In this document: positions 1 to 9,504 of the stretch, piece by piece
Numbering within the stretch: the first letter of the stretch is position 1
How the letters are laid out: the number at the start of each line of letters is the position of its first letter
Source: a virus
Lineage: Duplodnaviria; Caudoviricetes
DNA: 39,840 bases
Strand: one strand, 5' to 3'
IMG/VR virus record: IMGVR_UViG_3300042997_001509
Location: 1 to 39,840 of that record
The notes under the pieces: model-generated
What the model was told of the DNA's origin: nothing
The model's input: only the letters and a program-made list of their open reading frames with translations
The model's database searches: none
Translations under genes and position numbers: made by a program

Positions 1-836
1 ATGATAGCACCACTTGTTCTGTTAACAATTGTAACTTCTCTTAATCCCAAGAAATCGTTCATTTTAGATAGGATCAAACCGCTTTCGTTAAAGTATTGTT
101 TGTAGATAGGATCTTTTGCTAATCTAATATAATCAGACCAATCTCCTTCAACTACAGTTAATTCAACGAAGTAGTCAGATACGTAATCATCTGGATGTAA
201 AAATTCAGGAACTTCTACTTTATCTCCAAGAAGTTTGTAGTAATCCTTAACTTTAATATCATAACCAGTAGTATCAGCTATTCTAGTCCATGCAGTAACT
301 GCTTTCTTAGACAAGTTAACAACGGTTAAGATTTTATTAGCATCTTGATCAGTTGTTCCAGTTGCAGGGAACGTATCCCCTAATGAAAGGTTTTTGTACT
401 TGTTAACTGCATCAACATCAGCAAACCATAACTTTTGAGTGTTATAGAAGTGAGAGATACTGTCATTGTACGTACCAGCTGACCAATTTGAATTGTTTGA
501 CGCTGACTCTGTGTTGAATGTTGCAAAATAAGCAACATCAGTATCAGCAATAGGTTGTAGGTTTAGTGCATAAACTGGGCCTTGTCTTAGAGCAACCTCG
601 ATTGTTCTATGAAAATAGCTACCATTTTTTTCTAATTTAGAGTCTGTCTCTCCGTATACTGCAATCAGTGAACGTAAGTCATTGATAAGTACTACTGAGT
701 TAATCGGGCCTTTTTTGCTCGATCCAATCACCAATCTTCCAGTTGAGAGTGGTAGACTCAGGTTAGTGCTTTCATCAATTTCTACTGTGTAGACACCGCT
801 TGCTTTATATCGGTTCAGATTTAATTTTTCTGCCAT
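1..836 (-). CDS. Tail sheath protein, gp18-like (partial; runs off window start)
   Basis: Not in ORF track. Manual translation from ATG at 836: MAEKLNLNRYKASGVYTVEIDES...LVIGSSKKGPIN...YGETD...YFHRTIEVALRQGPVYALNL. This is the GVY..E.D / G...KGP N-terminus of contractile sheath proteins. Preceded by late-type motifs. Confidence 0.85.
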   Translation of the reverse strand, partial: MAEKLNLNRYKASGVYTVEIDESTNLSLPLSTGRLVIGSSKKGPINSVVLINDLRSLIAVYGETDSKLEKNGSYFHRTIEVALRQGPVYALNLQPIADTDVAYFATFNTESASNNSNWSAGTYNDSISHFYNTQKLWFADVDAVNKYKNLSLGDTFPATGTTDQDANKILTVVNLSKKAVTAWTRIADTTGYDIKVKDYYKLLGDKVEVPEFLHPDDYVSDYFVELTVVEGDWSDYIRLAKDPIYKQYFNESGLILSKMNDFLGLREVTIVNRTSGAI

Positions 837-858
837 CGCTTTTGCGTATTATTTTGAA

Positions 859-872
859 GTTATTTATTTATC
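859..872 (-). promoter_or_regulatory. Late-promoter-like motif (GATAAATAAATAAC)
   Basis: Resembles T4 late promoter TATAAATA; about 25 nt upstream of sheath ATG; recurs before other structural genes. Confidence 0.6.
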
Positions 873-917
873 GCAGTAGCTCCAAATTCATAACTTTTGA
901 ACTTGGCCTATTTTGCG

Positions 918-932
918 CTAGAGTTATTTATC
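918..932 (-). promoter_or_regulatory. Second late-promoter-like motif (GATAAATAACTCTAG)
   Basis: Identical 15-mer also at 27153-27167, upstream of the baseplate block. Confidence 0.6.
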
Positions 933-953
933 AGCAAGATAGGATCGAAACTT

Positions 954-983
954 AAACTTTTTTCACTTTACAGGTAAAAGAAT
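954..983 (+). promoter_or_regulatory. Bipartite early/middle promoter-like motif AAACTT-N14-GTAAAAGAAT
   Basis: Same two boxes with a 14-nt spacer before uvsX, the TS-like gene, dnaJ, the A1-like gene and uvsY. Confidence 0.55.
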
Positions 984-1013
984 AAGTAATACTAACTCAA
1001 ATAATCATATTTA

Positions 1014-1451
1014 ATGAAAATTTCAAAAATTAGGGACGTAAAGACCCCAACTAGAGGAACTTCTAAATCAGCCGGTATCGACTTTTTTGTTCCAAACGAT
1101 TACCCAGGGTTAATACTAGCCCCTAGCGATTCTGTCTTAATTCCGACCGGTATTAAAGCCGATATTCCAACTGGGTATATGCTAACTGCTTTTAATAAAT
1201 CCGGAGTTGCAACCAAGCAATTATTAATTAAAGGCGCTGAAGTCTGCGATGAAGATTATCAAGGAGAAATTCATATCCATGTGATTAATGTCGGAAGCGT
1301 TGATCAGCTCATAACGCCAGGTCAAAAATTGATCCAGTTTGTACTAGTTCCTGTATTTTACGATACAATTGAGGAAGTTCCGTTTGAGGAGCTCTATTCT
1401 GTGGAAACTGAACGTGGAGTAGGTGGATTTGGCTCAACTGGAACTCATTAA
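1014..1451 (+). CDS. dut: Trimeric dUTPase
   Basis: Motifs SAGIDF, KSG, DEDYQGEI, Q(F)V and C-terminal RGVGGFGSTG. Confidence 0.95.
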   Translation: MKISKIRDVKTPTRGTSKSAGIDFFVPNDYPGLILAPSDSVLIPTGIKADIPTGYMLTAFNKSGVATKQLLIKGAEVCDEDYQGEIHIHVINVGSVDQLITPGQKLIQFVLVPVFYDTIEEVPFEELYSVETERGVGGFGSTGTH

Positions 1452-1472
1452 TCTTTAGTATATTAGTAAAAT

Positions 1473-2855
1473 ATGATTGTAAGTACCGAATTTCACACAG
1501 AAGACTCAACCCTAGTCATTTCTTATTATAAACCAGACGGCACTATCGGCTTTATGAAGAAGCCAATCCTTCCGCACGACCTCTATAACTGGAATCTAAC
1601 TCCAACCCCAACTGAAAACAGAAATTGGGATGGAAGATTCCTCAAAAAGGTCCAAGGTAAGTGGTTAAGTCGTTTTAGACTAGAAGAATTAACTCAAACT
1701 CGGCTAGATGAGACTGAACTCTCGTCAATCTACTCAGATGATAGCCCAAAGAAGTACTATTTGGATATTGAGATTCAGTTAACCTCTCAAGAGTTTCCTG
1801 ATCCAGCAAGAGCAGCCATGCCAGTCAATTTAATCACATTTGTGAATGAAGAAAACATCTGCTTCGTAATGTCAACTATGAAACCGTTGGAAACTACCGC
1901 GGTTGATCAAATGCAAGATGAAGTAAATGACTATTTTAAAGCGCACGGCCAAACTTTTAAACTTAAGTACTTATTTTTCGAAACTGAGGTTGAGATGATG
2001 ACAATGTTCTTTCATAAAGTTCTTCCAAAAATTCCATTCTTAACTGGGTGGAACGTAATTGGATTTGACTGGATCTACTTAATAAATCGTTGTAAGAATA
2101 TTGGAGTAGATGCAATGAAAGAAATGCCAACCAAAACCCTAATCGGCAAATCAAAAATGCCAGTTCACATGGGACTTCTGGATTACATGGAAGTTTTCAT
2201 GAATACTAAACCTTACAAAGTGGTTGAGAACTATAAGTTAGATTATATTGCTAATCTTGTTCTTGGAACCACCAAATTACATAGTGAATATGCTACAATG
2301 CTAGAAGCTCAACAAGACATTGAGAACTTCATTAAGTATAACATTATCGATACAATTCTTATTAAACTAATTGAAGATAAGCTTGGGCTACTTGATGTTG
2401 CATTTGCAATCTCAAAATTTGCAAAAGTCGATGTTTCAAAAGTATTTTCAGCAGTATTCATTACTGAATCGTTAATGTGTCGTGAGTTTTTAGATAGAGG
2501 TTTGTACATGGCAAACGATCGTCGAGCTCTTGAAGAAGACGCAACGTATGACGGAGCTTATGTGGCTAAACCTACTCCTGGATACTATAAGTACGTATCA
2601 TGTTTTGACTTTGCGTCAATGTATCCAAACATTCAAATCCAGTTTAATATTTCGCCTGATGCATATCAAGGTAAGATAAAACCTGCGCAAGTTGTAACCC
2701 CAGATCAAATATTAACAAAGAACGATACTCTCTTTAATAAGAAATTCGACTCAGCCGCTCGAACAATTCTTACTAGATTATATAATGGACGTGTAGATAC
2801 AAAAACTGAAATGAAAAAATTAGAAGAGAAATTGTCAAGTGAAAAAGTGGCTTAA
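1473..2855 (+). CDS. Family B DNA polymerase, N-terminal subunit (3'-5' exonuclease plus palm motif A; split gp43-like)
   Basis: ExoI LDIE, ExoII GWNVIGFD, ExoIII YNIID, YDGAYV, DFASMYP. Ends in the first fingers helix, without KxxxNSxYG or YGDTDS. Confidence 0.88.
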   Translation: MIVSTEFHTEDSTLVISYYKPDGTIGFMKKPILPHDLYNWNLTPTPTENRNWDGRFLKKVQGKWLSRFRLEELTQTRLDETELSSIYSDDSPKKYYLDIEIQLTSQEFPDPARAAMPVNLITFVNEENICFVMSTMKPLETTAVDQMQDEVNDYFKAHGQTFKLKYLFFETEVEMMTMFFHKVLPKIPFLTGWNVIGFDWIYLINRCKNIGVDAMKEMPTKTLIGKSKMPVHMGLLDYMEVFMNTKPYKVVENYKLDYIANLVLGTTKLHSEYATMLEAQQDIENFIKYNIIDTILIKLIEDKLGLLDVAFAISKFAKVDVSKVFSAVFITESLMCREFLDRGLYMANDRRALEEDATYDGAYVAKPTPGYYKYVSCFDFASMYPNIQIQFNISPDAYQGKIKPAQVVTPDQILTKNDTLFNKKFDSAARTILTRLYNGRVDTKTEMKKLEEKLSSEKVA

Positions 2856-2874
2856 AAAAATAATACATAAAATT

Positions 2875-3519
2875 ATGAACGGATACGATATTGATACGCT
2901 GGTTGCTATTAAATCTAGCTTTCAAGCAAATGACTTTCAATGGATAAAAACAAATGACCGCTCTAAAATAGGTACGGTTGTAACAGTTAGAGATGTTTTG
3001 CCTGCTAGAAACGGCAGATATGTGGCAGTTCTGTCAGATGGGACCCAATTAGACACAGATCGAGTATCCTCAGATCTGATGATGATTACTGGAGATCAAC
3101 AGCCCATGAGTATGTCAGAAATTCAGTCAATTAACTATATTCCTTCATTAAGTGAAGAAATCAATGTTTCAAACGAAATTCCTCAAGAGTTTGCTACTGA
3201 AATCAAGGCTCAACCAGCTAACCCTGCCCCAGCATTAACTGGAACTCCAGCTAAAGTTATCCAAACTCAATCGAAGTTTGAAGTTGACCCTTCTGACCTA
3301 TTTGGCATGTTTTCATTGGAAGATACTGATTTAAACCTGTCGGTTAAAATTAAACTGCCAAGCAAGCCTCTACTTAAGATGATGTACACTAATTCCAAGA
3401 ATAAGGAAGAATTCTTGACCAAACTCGCAAACTATATAAATAACAATGTAACGGTTGATGCGATTAAGAAGACTCTTAAGAAAACTCTATCTGGTACACC
3501 AAAAAGTAAACCCGAGTAA
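2875..3519 (+). CDS. Hypothetical protein
   Basis: Long ORF in the operon; ATG at 2875 preferred over the overlapping GTG at 2839; AAAATAATAC leader 8 nt upstream. Confidence 0.75.
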   Translation: MNGYDIDTLVAIKSSFQANDFQWIKTNDRSKIGTVVTVRDVLPARNGRYVAVLSDGTQLDTDRVSSDLMMITGDQQPMSMSEIQSINYIPSLSEEINVSNEIPQEFATEIKAQPANPAPALTGTPAKVIQTQSKFEVDPSDLFGMFSLEDTDLNLSVKIKLPSKPLLKMMYTNSKNKEEFLTKLANYINNNVTVDAIKKTLKKTLSGTPKSKPE

Positions 3520-3523
3520 TCAA

Positions 3524-4090
3524 ATGAATCAACATTCAATAGTAACCCAAGAATCTAATAAGGTTGGCCGTTTTAATGTGCTTATCCTTACTAAGGACAA
3601 CCATACCAACCATTATTTGTCTTGTGAGTTAAACTACATTTGTCTTGTACCGTTTGAGAAAACAGCAGAGGGTACAATCAAATCAATCTACGTTTTGGAG
3701 TTTCCAAATAAAGTCACTGGGCAAACGGTTCATTCATTAATTATTGATACAGTTAATCCAGATCTAGATAAGACTCCTTATGATTCAGTGTGTCGATCCC
3801 TAATTGAAGAGGCTGGTCTTAACATTGACTCTCTTAACATTAATGAAAACAATATTTACTACTTGGGAGACATTCAAATGAACGTGCCAATGTCGTTAAA
3901 TATTAAATGTTATGGCGTAGATATTACTTCTAATGACCAATTAGACTTTACTAGAAATCTTTCTAAAGATAACTTTATTAAGGACGAATCATCAATTACA
4001 AAGATCGGCTTCCACCAAGTAGTTAATGGCGAATTCCCAGACACAACAATCCTATCTGGATCATTTTTATTAGTTTCATATTTTAACTAA
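3524..4090 (+). CDS. Degenerate Nudix-fold protein
   Basis: KTPYDSVCRSLIEEAGL resembles the second half of the Nudix box (REUxEExGU), followed by YYLG; first G/E of the box absent. Start moved to ATG 3524. Confidence 0.55.
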   Translation: MNQHSIVTQESNKVGRFNVLILTKDNHTNHYLSCELNYICLVPFEKTAEGTIKSIYVLEFPNKVTGQTVHSLIIDTVNPDLDKTPYDSVCRSLIEEAGLNIDSLNINENNIYYLGDIQMNVPMSLNIKCYGVDITSNDQLDFTRNLSKDNFIKDESSITKIGFHQVVNGEFPDTTILSGSFLLVSYFN

Positions 4091-4120
4091 ACCATTTTAG
4101 TATCCTTTGTAAAAGATACT
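4089..4120 (+). promoter_or_regulatory. Bipartite motif AAACCA-N14-GTAAAAGATACT
   Basis: Upstream of uvsX; conserved spacing. Confidence 0.5.
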
Positions 4121-4140
4121 AAAGATTAAATTTTATACAC

Positions 4141-5331
4141 ATGGCAAAATCAACAATGGACGCATTCGCCAAGTTTAACGACTTGCTCGAAAAGAAAGTC
4201 AAATCAAAAATTGAAATCAGAGGTTTCTCTGATATCGAAGAGTATATTTCAACTGGAAATTACTTATTAAATGCCCAAATGTCAGGTTCTCTATTTGGCG
4301 GTTATCCTAATACTCGTAGTATTGGAATTGCTGGAGACTCTGGTTCAGGTAAAACATTCTTATGTTTAAATGCAGTTCGCGAGTTACAGAAAAAAGACTA
4401 CATGGTAATCTATATTGATACCGAAGGAGCAATTGACTCTAGTGACTATATTAAATTTGGAGTAGACTTAACCAAATTAAAATATTTGCGTATGGGCCTA
4501 ATTAGTGAAGTCAAATTCTTTGTGCATGACTTAATTGAAACAATCAAAGAAAACCCAGGACTTAAGATTGCACTATTTGTCGATTCAGTAGGAATGCTGG
4601 ATACTGATAAGAGTCAACGTGACATGGATGCAGGTAAAAATGCTGCTGATATGGGATTACGTGCAAAAGAAATGAGATCATTATTCAAATCATTAACCTT
4701 AGATCTTTCAAACTATAAAGTTCCTTTCATTTTTACAAATCACACGTATGCGTCAATGGATCAATACACGCCAAAAGGTATGTCAGGCGGTGGAGGTCCA
4801 GAATTCTCTGCATCAATTATCTTGATGTTAAGTAAAGGAACTCTTCGTGATGAGGCCAAAACAACTACTGGTATTATTGTTCGTTCAAAGACCAAGAAAA
4901 ATCGTTTAGCCAAACCAATTGATATTGAATTCCACATTTCATTCCATAAAGGTATGAATCCATTTGTTGGATTAGAGCAATTCGTAAGTTGGGAATCATG
5001 CGGAGTAGGTAGAGGTAATAAACTAACTGAAAAGGAGTTCTCTAAACTTAAACCTGACGAATCTGAATTATGCTCAAAATTTGAAGTGGATGGAGAAACT
5101 TTCTATTTTCTACCAAAGAAATTAGGCAAAACTTATATTATTAAGCATAATGGCGATGCCGTTCCAGTTAAAGAGTTTTTCTCAGCTAGGCTATTTACAC
5201 CAGCTGTACTAGCTCAATTAGACGAAACTACAATTAAGCCTACGTTTAAATTCCCAGAAACGCAAGATGGAATAGACGAAATGGAAATAGATGAATTAGA
5301 AGATTTAACTGATTCGGACAATGACCTTTAA
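4141..5331 (+). CDS. uvsX: RecA/UvsX-like recombinase
   Basis: STGNYLLN, Walker A GDSGSGKT, IDTEGA, FVDSVG, DMGLRAK, TNHTY, MSGGGG, KNR. Confidence 0.93.
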   Translation: MAKSTMDAFAKFNDLLEKKVKSKIEIRGFSDIEEYISTGNYLLNAQMSGSLFGGYPNTRSIGIAGDSGSGKTFLCLNAVRELQKKDYMVIYIDTEGAIDSSDYIKFGVDLTKLKYLRMGLISEVKFFVHDLIETIKENPGLKIALFVDSVGMLDTDKSQRDMDAGKNAADMGLRAKEMRSLFKSLTLDLSNYKVPFIFTNHTYASMDQYTPKGMSGGGGPEFSASIILMLSKGTLRDEAKTTTGIIVRSKTKKNRLAKPIDIEFHISFHKGMNPFVGLEQFVSWESCGVGRGNKLTEKEFSKLKPDESELCSKFEVDGETFYFLPKKLGKTYIIKHNGDAVPVKEFFSARLFTPAVLAQLDETTIKPTFKFPETQDGIDEMEIDELEDLTDSDNDL

Positions 5332-5659
5332 TCTGAGACCTACTGTTGCTCTGAAGTATGTCTTAGACTCGCATATTGCTCTACCCAATTACCCGACTCA
5401 TCAAGACTTTTTGTTTGACTTATTGTCATACGTAGTCAGAGTAACTACCGCCAAGTCAAAAGACTTTGATCAAACCGATATTAAATTTTCTCCAAAGACC
5501 TTAAAATACGTCTTTGGAGAAAAATTAACTCCTGAATTTCTAGATAGGATAAAACTATTAATGAAAGACCTTGTAGAAGACGGTAGCTTAACAAAGAAAG
5601 GGGAGTTCATTATAATCAATGAACGTGAATTTTTAAAATTTTATGACATTACTAACTAA
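5321..5659 (+). CDS. Hypothetical protein
   Basis: 112-aa ORF overlapping the uvsX stop, between uvsX and the helicase. Confidence 0.7.
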   Translation: MTFNLRPTVALKYVLDSHIALPNYPTHQDFLFDLLSYVVRVTTAKSKDFDQTDIKFSPKTLKYVFGEKLTPEFLDRIKLLMKDLVEDGSLTKKGEFIIINEREFLKFYDITN

Positions 5660-5665
5660 TAATAT

Positions 5666-7219
5666 ATGCTGATAGACTTCAAAGAGAACATTGAGCTTCT
5701 CGAAAAAATAATCTTTAATTTTGTCTTAACTGAGGATGATGGCGATATTATCATAAAACCTAAAAACTATGAGGCTTTAGATAAACGCGAAATCATTCCA
5801 ATGATTAAAGCTCACTACTTTAACGATGACACATTACAGAGAGTCTATCGAATTGCAAAGAAGTTCTTTGCTGAATATTCAAAAGTTCCTACGCGTAATG
5901 AATTACGTGAACTAGCTAATTTATCAAATCTTGATATTCCGGAAAGTAAGTTTAATGCAATGTTTGCAGTTGACTTAACTAGCTATAACTACGATTTCTT
6001 ATTTAAGTACACCAAAGCATTTGTTTTCTATAAGAACTTAAATGGCTCAGTTATTGATGTCCTATCATATTTAAAGACAACTGAGATCACTCCAGAAAAT
6101 GTTGAGCTTATCACAAACGACGTTCGTGAAAAATTTAATCAGAAACTTAATGTATCATTTACTAATGCAGAGTCTGGTCTAAACTTCTTTAATCCAGTAG
6201 ATCACGTTCAATTATCAAAAATTGGAAATCCAACTGGTTTTAAATTCTTAGATAAGACGTTAGGCGGAGGTTGGAACCCTAAAACTCTAGTTGTTTTTCA
6301 AGGTCGACCTAAAGTAGGTAAATCAATGGTTCTTTCAAATATTGCAGGTAGAGCATTTGTTGCCGGCTGTAATGTTGGTATTGCAACCCTTGAGTTATCT
6401 GATCGTAAGTACATGAAGAGATTAGGTTCAATGATTTTAGAGATTCCATTTAAGGAATACGATTCAATGCTTGATAAAAGTCAAGTAGGTAGTGTGGACG
6501 ACAGAATGAAACACCTTAAATCAACTGCTCCAAATCTAGGAGAATTAATTGTAAAAGAGTTTCCTACTGGAACCGCGTCTGCAATTGACGTTGAAAACTA
6601 CTTCTTAAAAGTTCAACAAAATATTGGAAAGAAATTCTCAATTATTGTAGTTGACTATATCAATCTAATGAGACCACTTCGTGAACAAGGAAACGTTTAT
6701 GAAAAGATTAAAGTAATTTCTGAAGAGCTTAGAGCTGTTGCTATTCGTAATGAATGGTGTATTATTACAGCTACTCAAATCAAGAGAGATGCAGTAGACG
6801 ATCAAGACTTAAGCATGTCAGATATTGCAGAATCATTTGGACTAGTTCATACTGTAGATTCATTATTTGGTCTAATTAGAGGCCCAATGGAGAAGCGAAT
6901 GAAAATTAAACTAATTGCCAATAGGGATGGAGGTTATACTGAAAGTTTCAAAATGTATAGAATGAGCTATGAATATGCCAAGCTAACTGAAGAAAATGAC
7001 CCAGCTAGTGAGTACTATTCAGACGATGATGATACTCAATCTTTGGAGAATCAAATGAGAACTCAATATAATACTGTTCATACCACAACATTGCCCCCAA
7101 ATTTAATACCATACGAGCTAGCTGTGAGCCCTGACTACATTTCAAATAAGCAGCAACAAGAGCCTGCTCCAATAGTTAGAACTCCAGTAGATTATGATGA
7201 TTTATTAAATTCAATATAA
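5666..7219 (+). CDS. Replicative DnaB-family helicase (T4 gp41-like)
   Basis: PTGFKFLDKTLGGG, Walker A GRPKVGKS, LELS, VVDYINL, TATQ, DIAESFG. Confidence 0.93.
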   Translation: MLIDFKENIELLEKIIFNFVLTEDDGDIIIKPKNYEALDKREIIPMIKAHYFNDDTLQRVYRIAKKFFAEYSKVPTRNELRELANLSNLDIPESKFNAMFAVDLTSYNYDFLFKYTKAFVFYKNLNGSVIDVLSYLKTTEITPENVELITNDVREKFNQKLNVSFTNAESGLNFFNPVDHVQLSKIGNPTGFKFLDKTLGGGWNPKTLVVFQGRPKVGKSMVLSNIAGRAFVAGCNVGIATLELSDRKYMKRLGSMILEIPFKEYDSMLDKSQVGSVDDRMKHLKSTAPNLGELIVKEFPTGTASAIDVENYFLKVQQNIGKKFSIIVVDYINLMRPLREQGNVYEKIKVISEELRAVAIRNEWCIITATQIKRDAVDDQDLSMSDIAESFGLVHTVDSLFGLIRGPMEKRMKIKLIANRDGGYTESFKMYRMSYEYAKLTEENDPASEYYSDDDDTQSLENQMRTQYNTVHTTTLPPNLIPYELAVSPDYISNKQQQEPAPIVRTPVDYDDLLNSI

Positions 7220-7234
7220 AAAAACAAACACCAC

Positions 7235-7903
7235 GTGATACCGAAAAATACAGATGAAGAGTTCTTAGGTTTAGACGATGATTTTAATGATCACCATATT
7301 GAAGCTGAACTTGGAATGGAAGAAGAAGAAGACTTTGGAATTTCTGAAGAAGAATATGACGAAGATGAGCTTGAACGTAGGCGAGTAGCCTATGCTGGCT
7401 TAAAAAGAAGCGACAAAATTTTCAATAACACCTATACAATGGGTTATGACCATGATGAAGCGGATGAAGACGAACCCAATGTAATGGGAGGATCTTCCGA
7501 AATTAAATTAGACAGTGGATCTCCAGATTTTCACATGTATGATCCAGAAAAATACACAGATCATGTTGATCTGAAGATCGTGCAACGAGACATATACAAC
7601 TTCATCCAAGGTAGTTTAGAGGTGAAGGCCATCCTCGGAGATGAATCTGAAAAGAGAAAATTCACTAAGATAGAAATCAATGCTCTATTTACTGCGCTAT
7701 TGGCTGGACTACGCCATAATGCAGGTCAAAATGTATTCATAAGCCCAATACACATACTTGATTCTATATCGTCTTTAGTAAGCATGGAATACAAGAAACT
7801 ATTTGACATGTTATCTTACGAAAATAAAGAACTGCTGTTAATTGAGCTAAATAATAAGTATGGTTTCTTAGATAGTATGGGTAAGAACTATAAAATGTTT
7901 TAA
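7235..7903 (+). CDS. Hypothetical protein with highly acidic N-terminal half
   Basis: D/E-rich first ~90 aa, helical C-terminus; GTG start. Confidence 0.7.
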   Translation: MIPKNTDEEFLGLDDDFNDHHIEAELGMEEEEDFGISEEEYDEDELERRRVAYAGLKRSDKIFNNTYTMGYDHDEADEDEPNVMGGSSEIKLDSGSPDFHMYDPEKYTDHVDLKIVQRDIYNFIQGSLEVKAILGDESEKRKFTKIEINALFTALLAGLRHNAGQNVFISPIHILDSISSLVSMEYKKLFDMLSYENKELLLIELNNKYGFLDSMGKNYKMF

Positions 7904-7904
7904 A

Positions 7905-9017
7905 ATGAAATTAACCAATATTAGAAAAATAACGCTAGTCGGCGACTTACATTTAGGCATTAAAAACAATTCAATAGAATGGCTTCAAATACAGAAGGAC
8001 TTTCTATTGGATTTTTTAATTAATGAAGTAGACAAAGACTTTGATGAAGATCGCGACATTCTTTTTTTAGAAGGAGATATTTTCCATTCTAGGGAATCAA
8101 TCAATGTTAGGATCCATGACGAAGCCTTAACTATTTTTAAGAAACTTGCTGACAAATTTAAACGCGGTATTTATATCATTATTGGAAATCACGACGTTTA
8201 TTATAAAGATCGAAACGTAGTTCACTCGCTAAAAGCAATTTCTCATGTAGCTGATAATATTCACGTATTTGAAAGCCCAGAGATCCTAACCATTAATGGA
8301 ACCCATAATTTTTTAATGTTACCATGGGTAGAAGATAATAGTCGAATCAATCAAATAATTACTGATCATTCTGACTTATGCGAGTATATTGTATGTCATG
8401 CTGATATTAAAGGTTTACGTTTTAATAAATGGACCAAAGTTGAGCATGGAATTGAAGTTGACCAATTAACTTCATACAAAAGAGTTTATGCTGGCCATAT
8501 TCACCATAGGCAAGAGTTTAAGAATGTGTTATACACCGGAACCCCTTATCAAATGGATAGAGGTGATAGGGATAATACCAAAGGTTACTATGAGTTAACG
8601 TTAGAAAAGGCCTCAATTACCGAAAGATTCATTGAGAATACTCAATCACCAGTTTATAAAAAATTCGATATTTACGAGCTGCTAGAACTATCAACTGATT
8701 CAGTAATTAATTTATTGAATAACTCGTTTGTAGATGTAATGATTAGTGTAAATTTTGTAAATAAATTCTCAGTTGCAAGATTCTTAGAGACAATTTCAAA
8801 ATCAACTCATCGTAAAATTGAATTTTTTACCTATGTAGATGAAGTAAAAGACGATAATACTGCTTCTGAATTTAATCCAGAAGACCAATTTAATATAATT
8901 GATATTTTTAAAGTATTCATTAAATCCAGAGATTATTCTCAATCATTTAAAACTGACCTAGCCAGAAAATTTATTGAAATTCATGGTACTGTAAAACAAT
9001 TAAGTAGCGATGAGTAA
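7905..9017 (+). CDS. Mre11/SbcD-like recombination nuclease (T4 gp47-like)
   Basis: Metallophosphoesterase motifs GDLH, GDIFH, GNHD, CH, GHIH, YTGTPYQ; near gp46-like gene. Confidence 0.92.
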   Translation: MKLTNIRKITLVGDLHLGIKNNSIEWLQIQKDFLLDFLINEVDKDFDEDRDILFLEGDIFHSRESINVRIHDEALTIFKKLADKFKRGIYIIIGNHDVYYKDRNVVHSLKAISHVADNIHVFESPEILTINGTHNFLMLPWVEDNSRINQIITDHSDLCEYIVCHADIKGLRFNKWTKVEHGIEVDQLTSYKRVYAGHIHHRQEFKNVLYTGTPYQMDRGDRDNTKGYYELTLEKASITERFIENTQSPVYKKFDIYELLELSTDSVINLLNNSFVDVMISVNFVNKFSVARFLETISKSTHRKIEFFTYVDEVKDDNTASEFNPEDQFNIIDIFKVFIKSRDYSQSFKTDLARKFIEIHGTVKQLSSDE

Positions 9018-9504
9018 ACCTAGTATTCTACCTTCATTATATGTTAAACTAACTGAGTCTGGTGAATTTGGGGTATTTAGTACTGCAAAGATTGCTCGGG
9101 ATTCAACTATTGAATTTTGTGCATGGTTACCAGTAACACAAAGATTACAAATACTGATTTCACGGAACGATACTGCCCTAAATAGCAAACTTTTTCAGAA
9201 TCCAGATGGAATTGAAAAGGAGAAAGAATTCATTAATAAACTTACTGAACTTGATCTACAGGAGAGATTAGACCGAGGCTTAATAACTACTGCTCAATTT
9301 AGATCAATGTTATTAGATACGGCTAATCCTGAAAAATTATTACACGTCACAACCCATTCTATTCTATTAGGCTTTGGCTCAATTTATAGAAGGTCAGACA
9401 GCCCAAATATAAATTGGACCTATGACTCAACCTTAAAACTGTACAAATTTTTTACAGTACAAGACATTTACCCAAATCAAGAACTTACATACTTTTCAAA
9501 TTAA
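9010..9504 (+). CDS. SET-domain protein, degenerate active site
   Basis: GEFGVFS...IEFC, LGFGSIYRRSDSPN and DIYPNQELTY follow the minimal viral/bacterial SET pattern (GxGVFA...LGFGxxxNHSxxPN...GEE(L/I)TxxY). Confidence 0.75.
   Translation: MSKPSILPSLYVKLTESGEFGVFSTAKIARDSTIEFCAWLPVTQRLQILISRNDTALNSKLFQNPDGIEKEKEFINKLTELDLQERLDRGLITTAQFRSMLLDTANPEKLLHVTTHSILLGFGSIYRRSDSPNINWTYDSTLKLYKFFTVQDIYPNQELTYFSN

Noticed and set aside
2839-4090. Frameshift, intron or intein continuation of the polymerase into downstream ORFs
   Set aside because: Downstream ORFs show no polymerase motif B/C, homing endonuclease or intein motifs.
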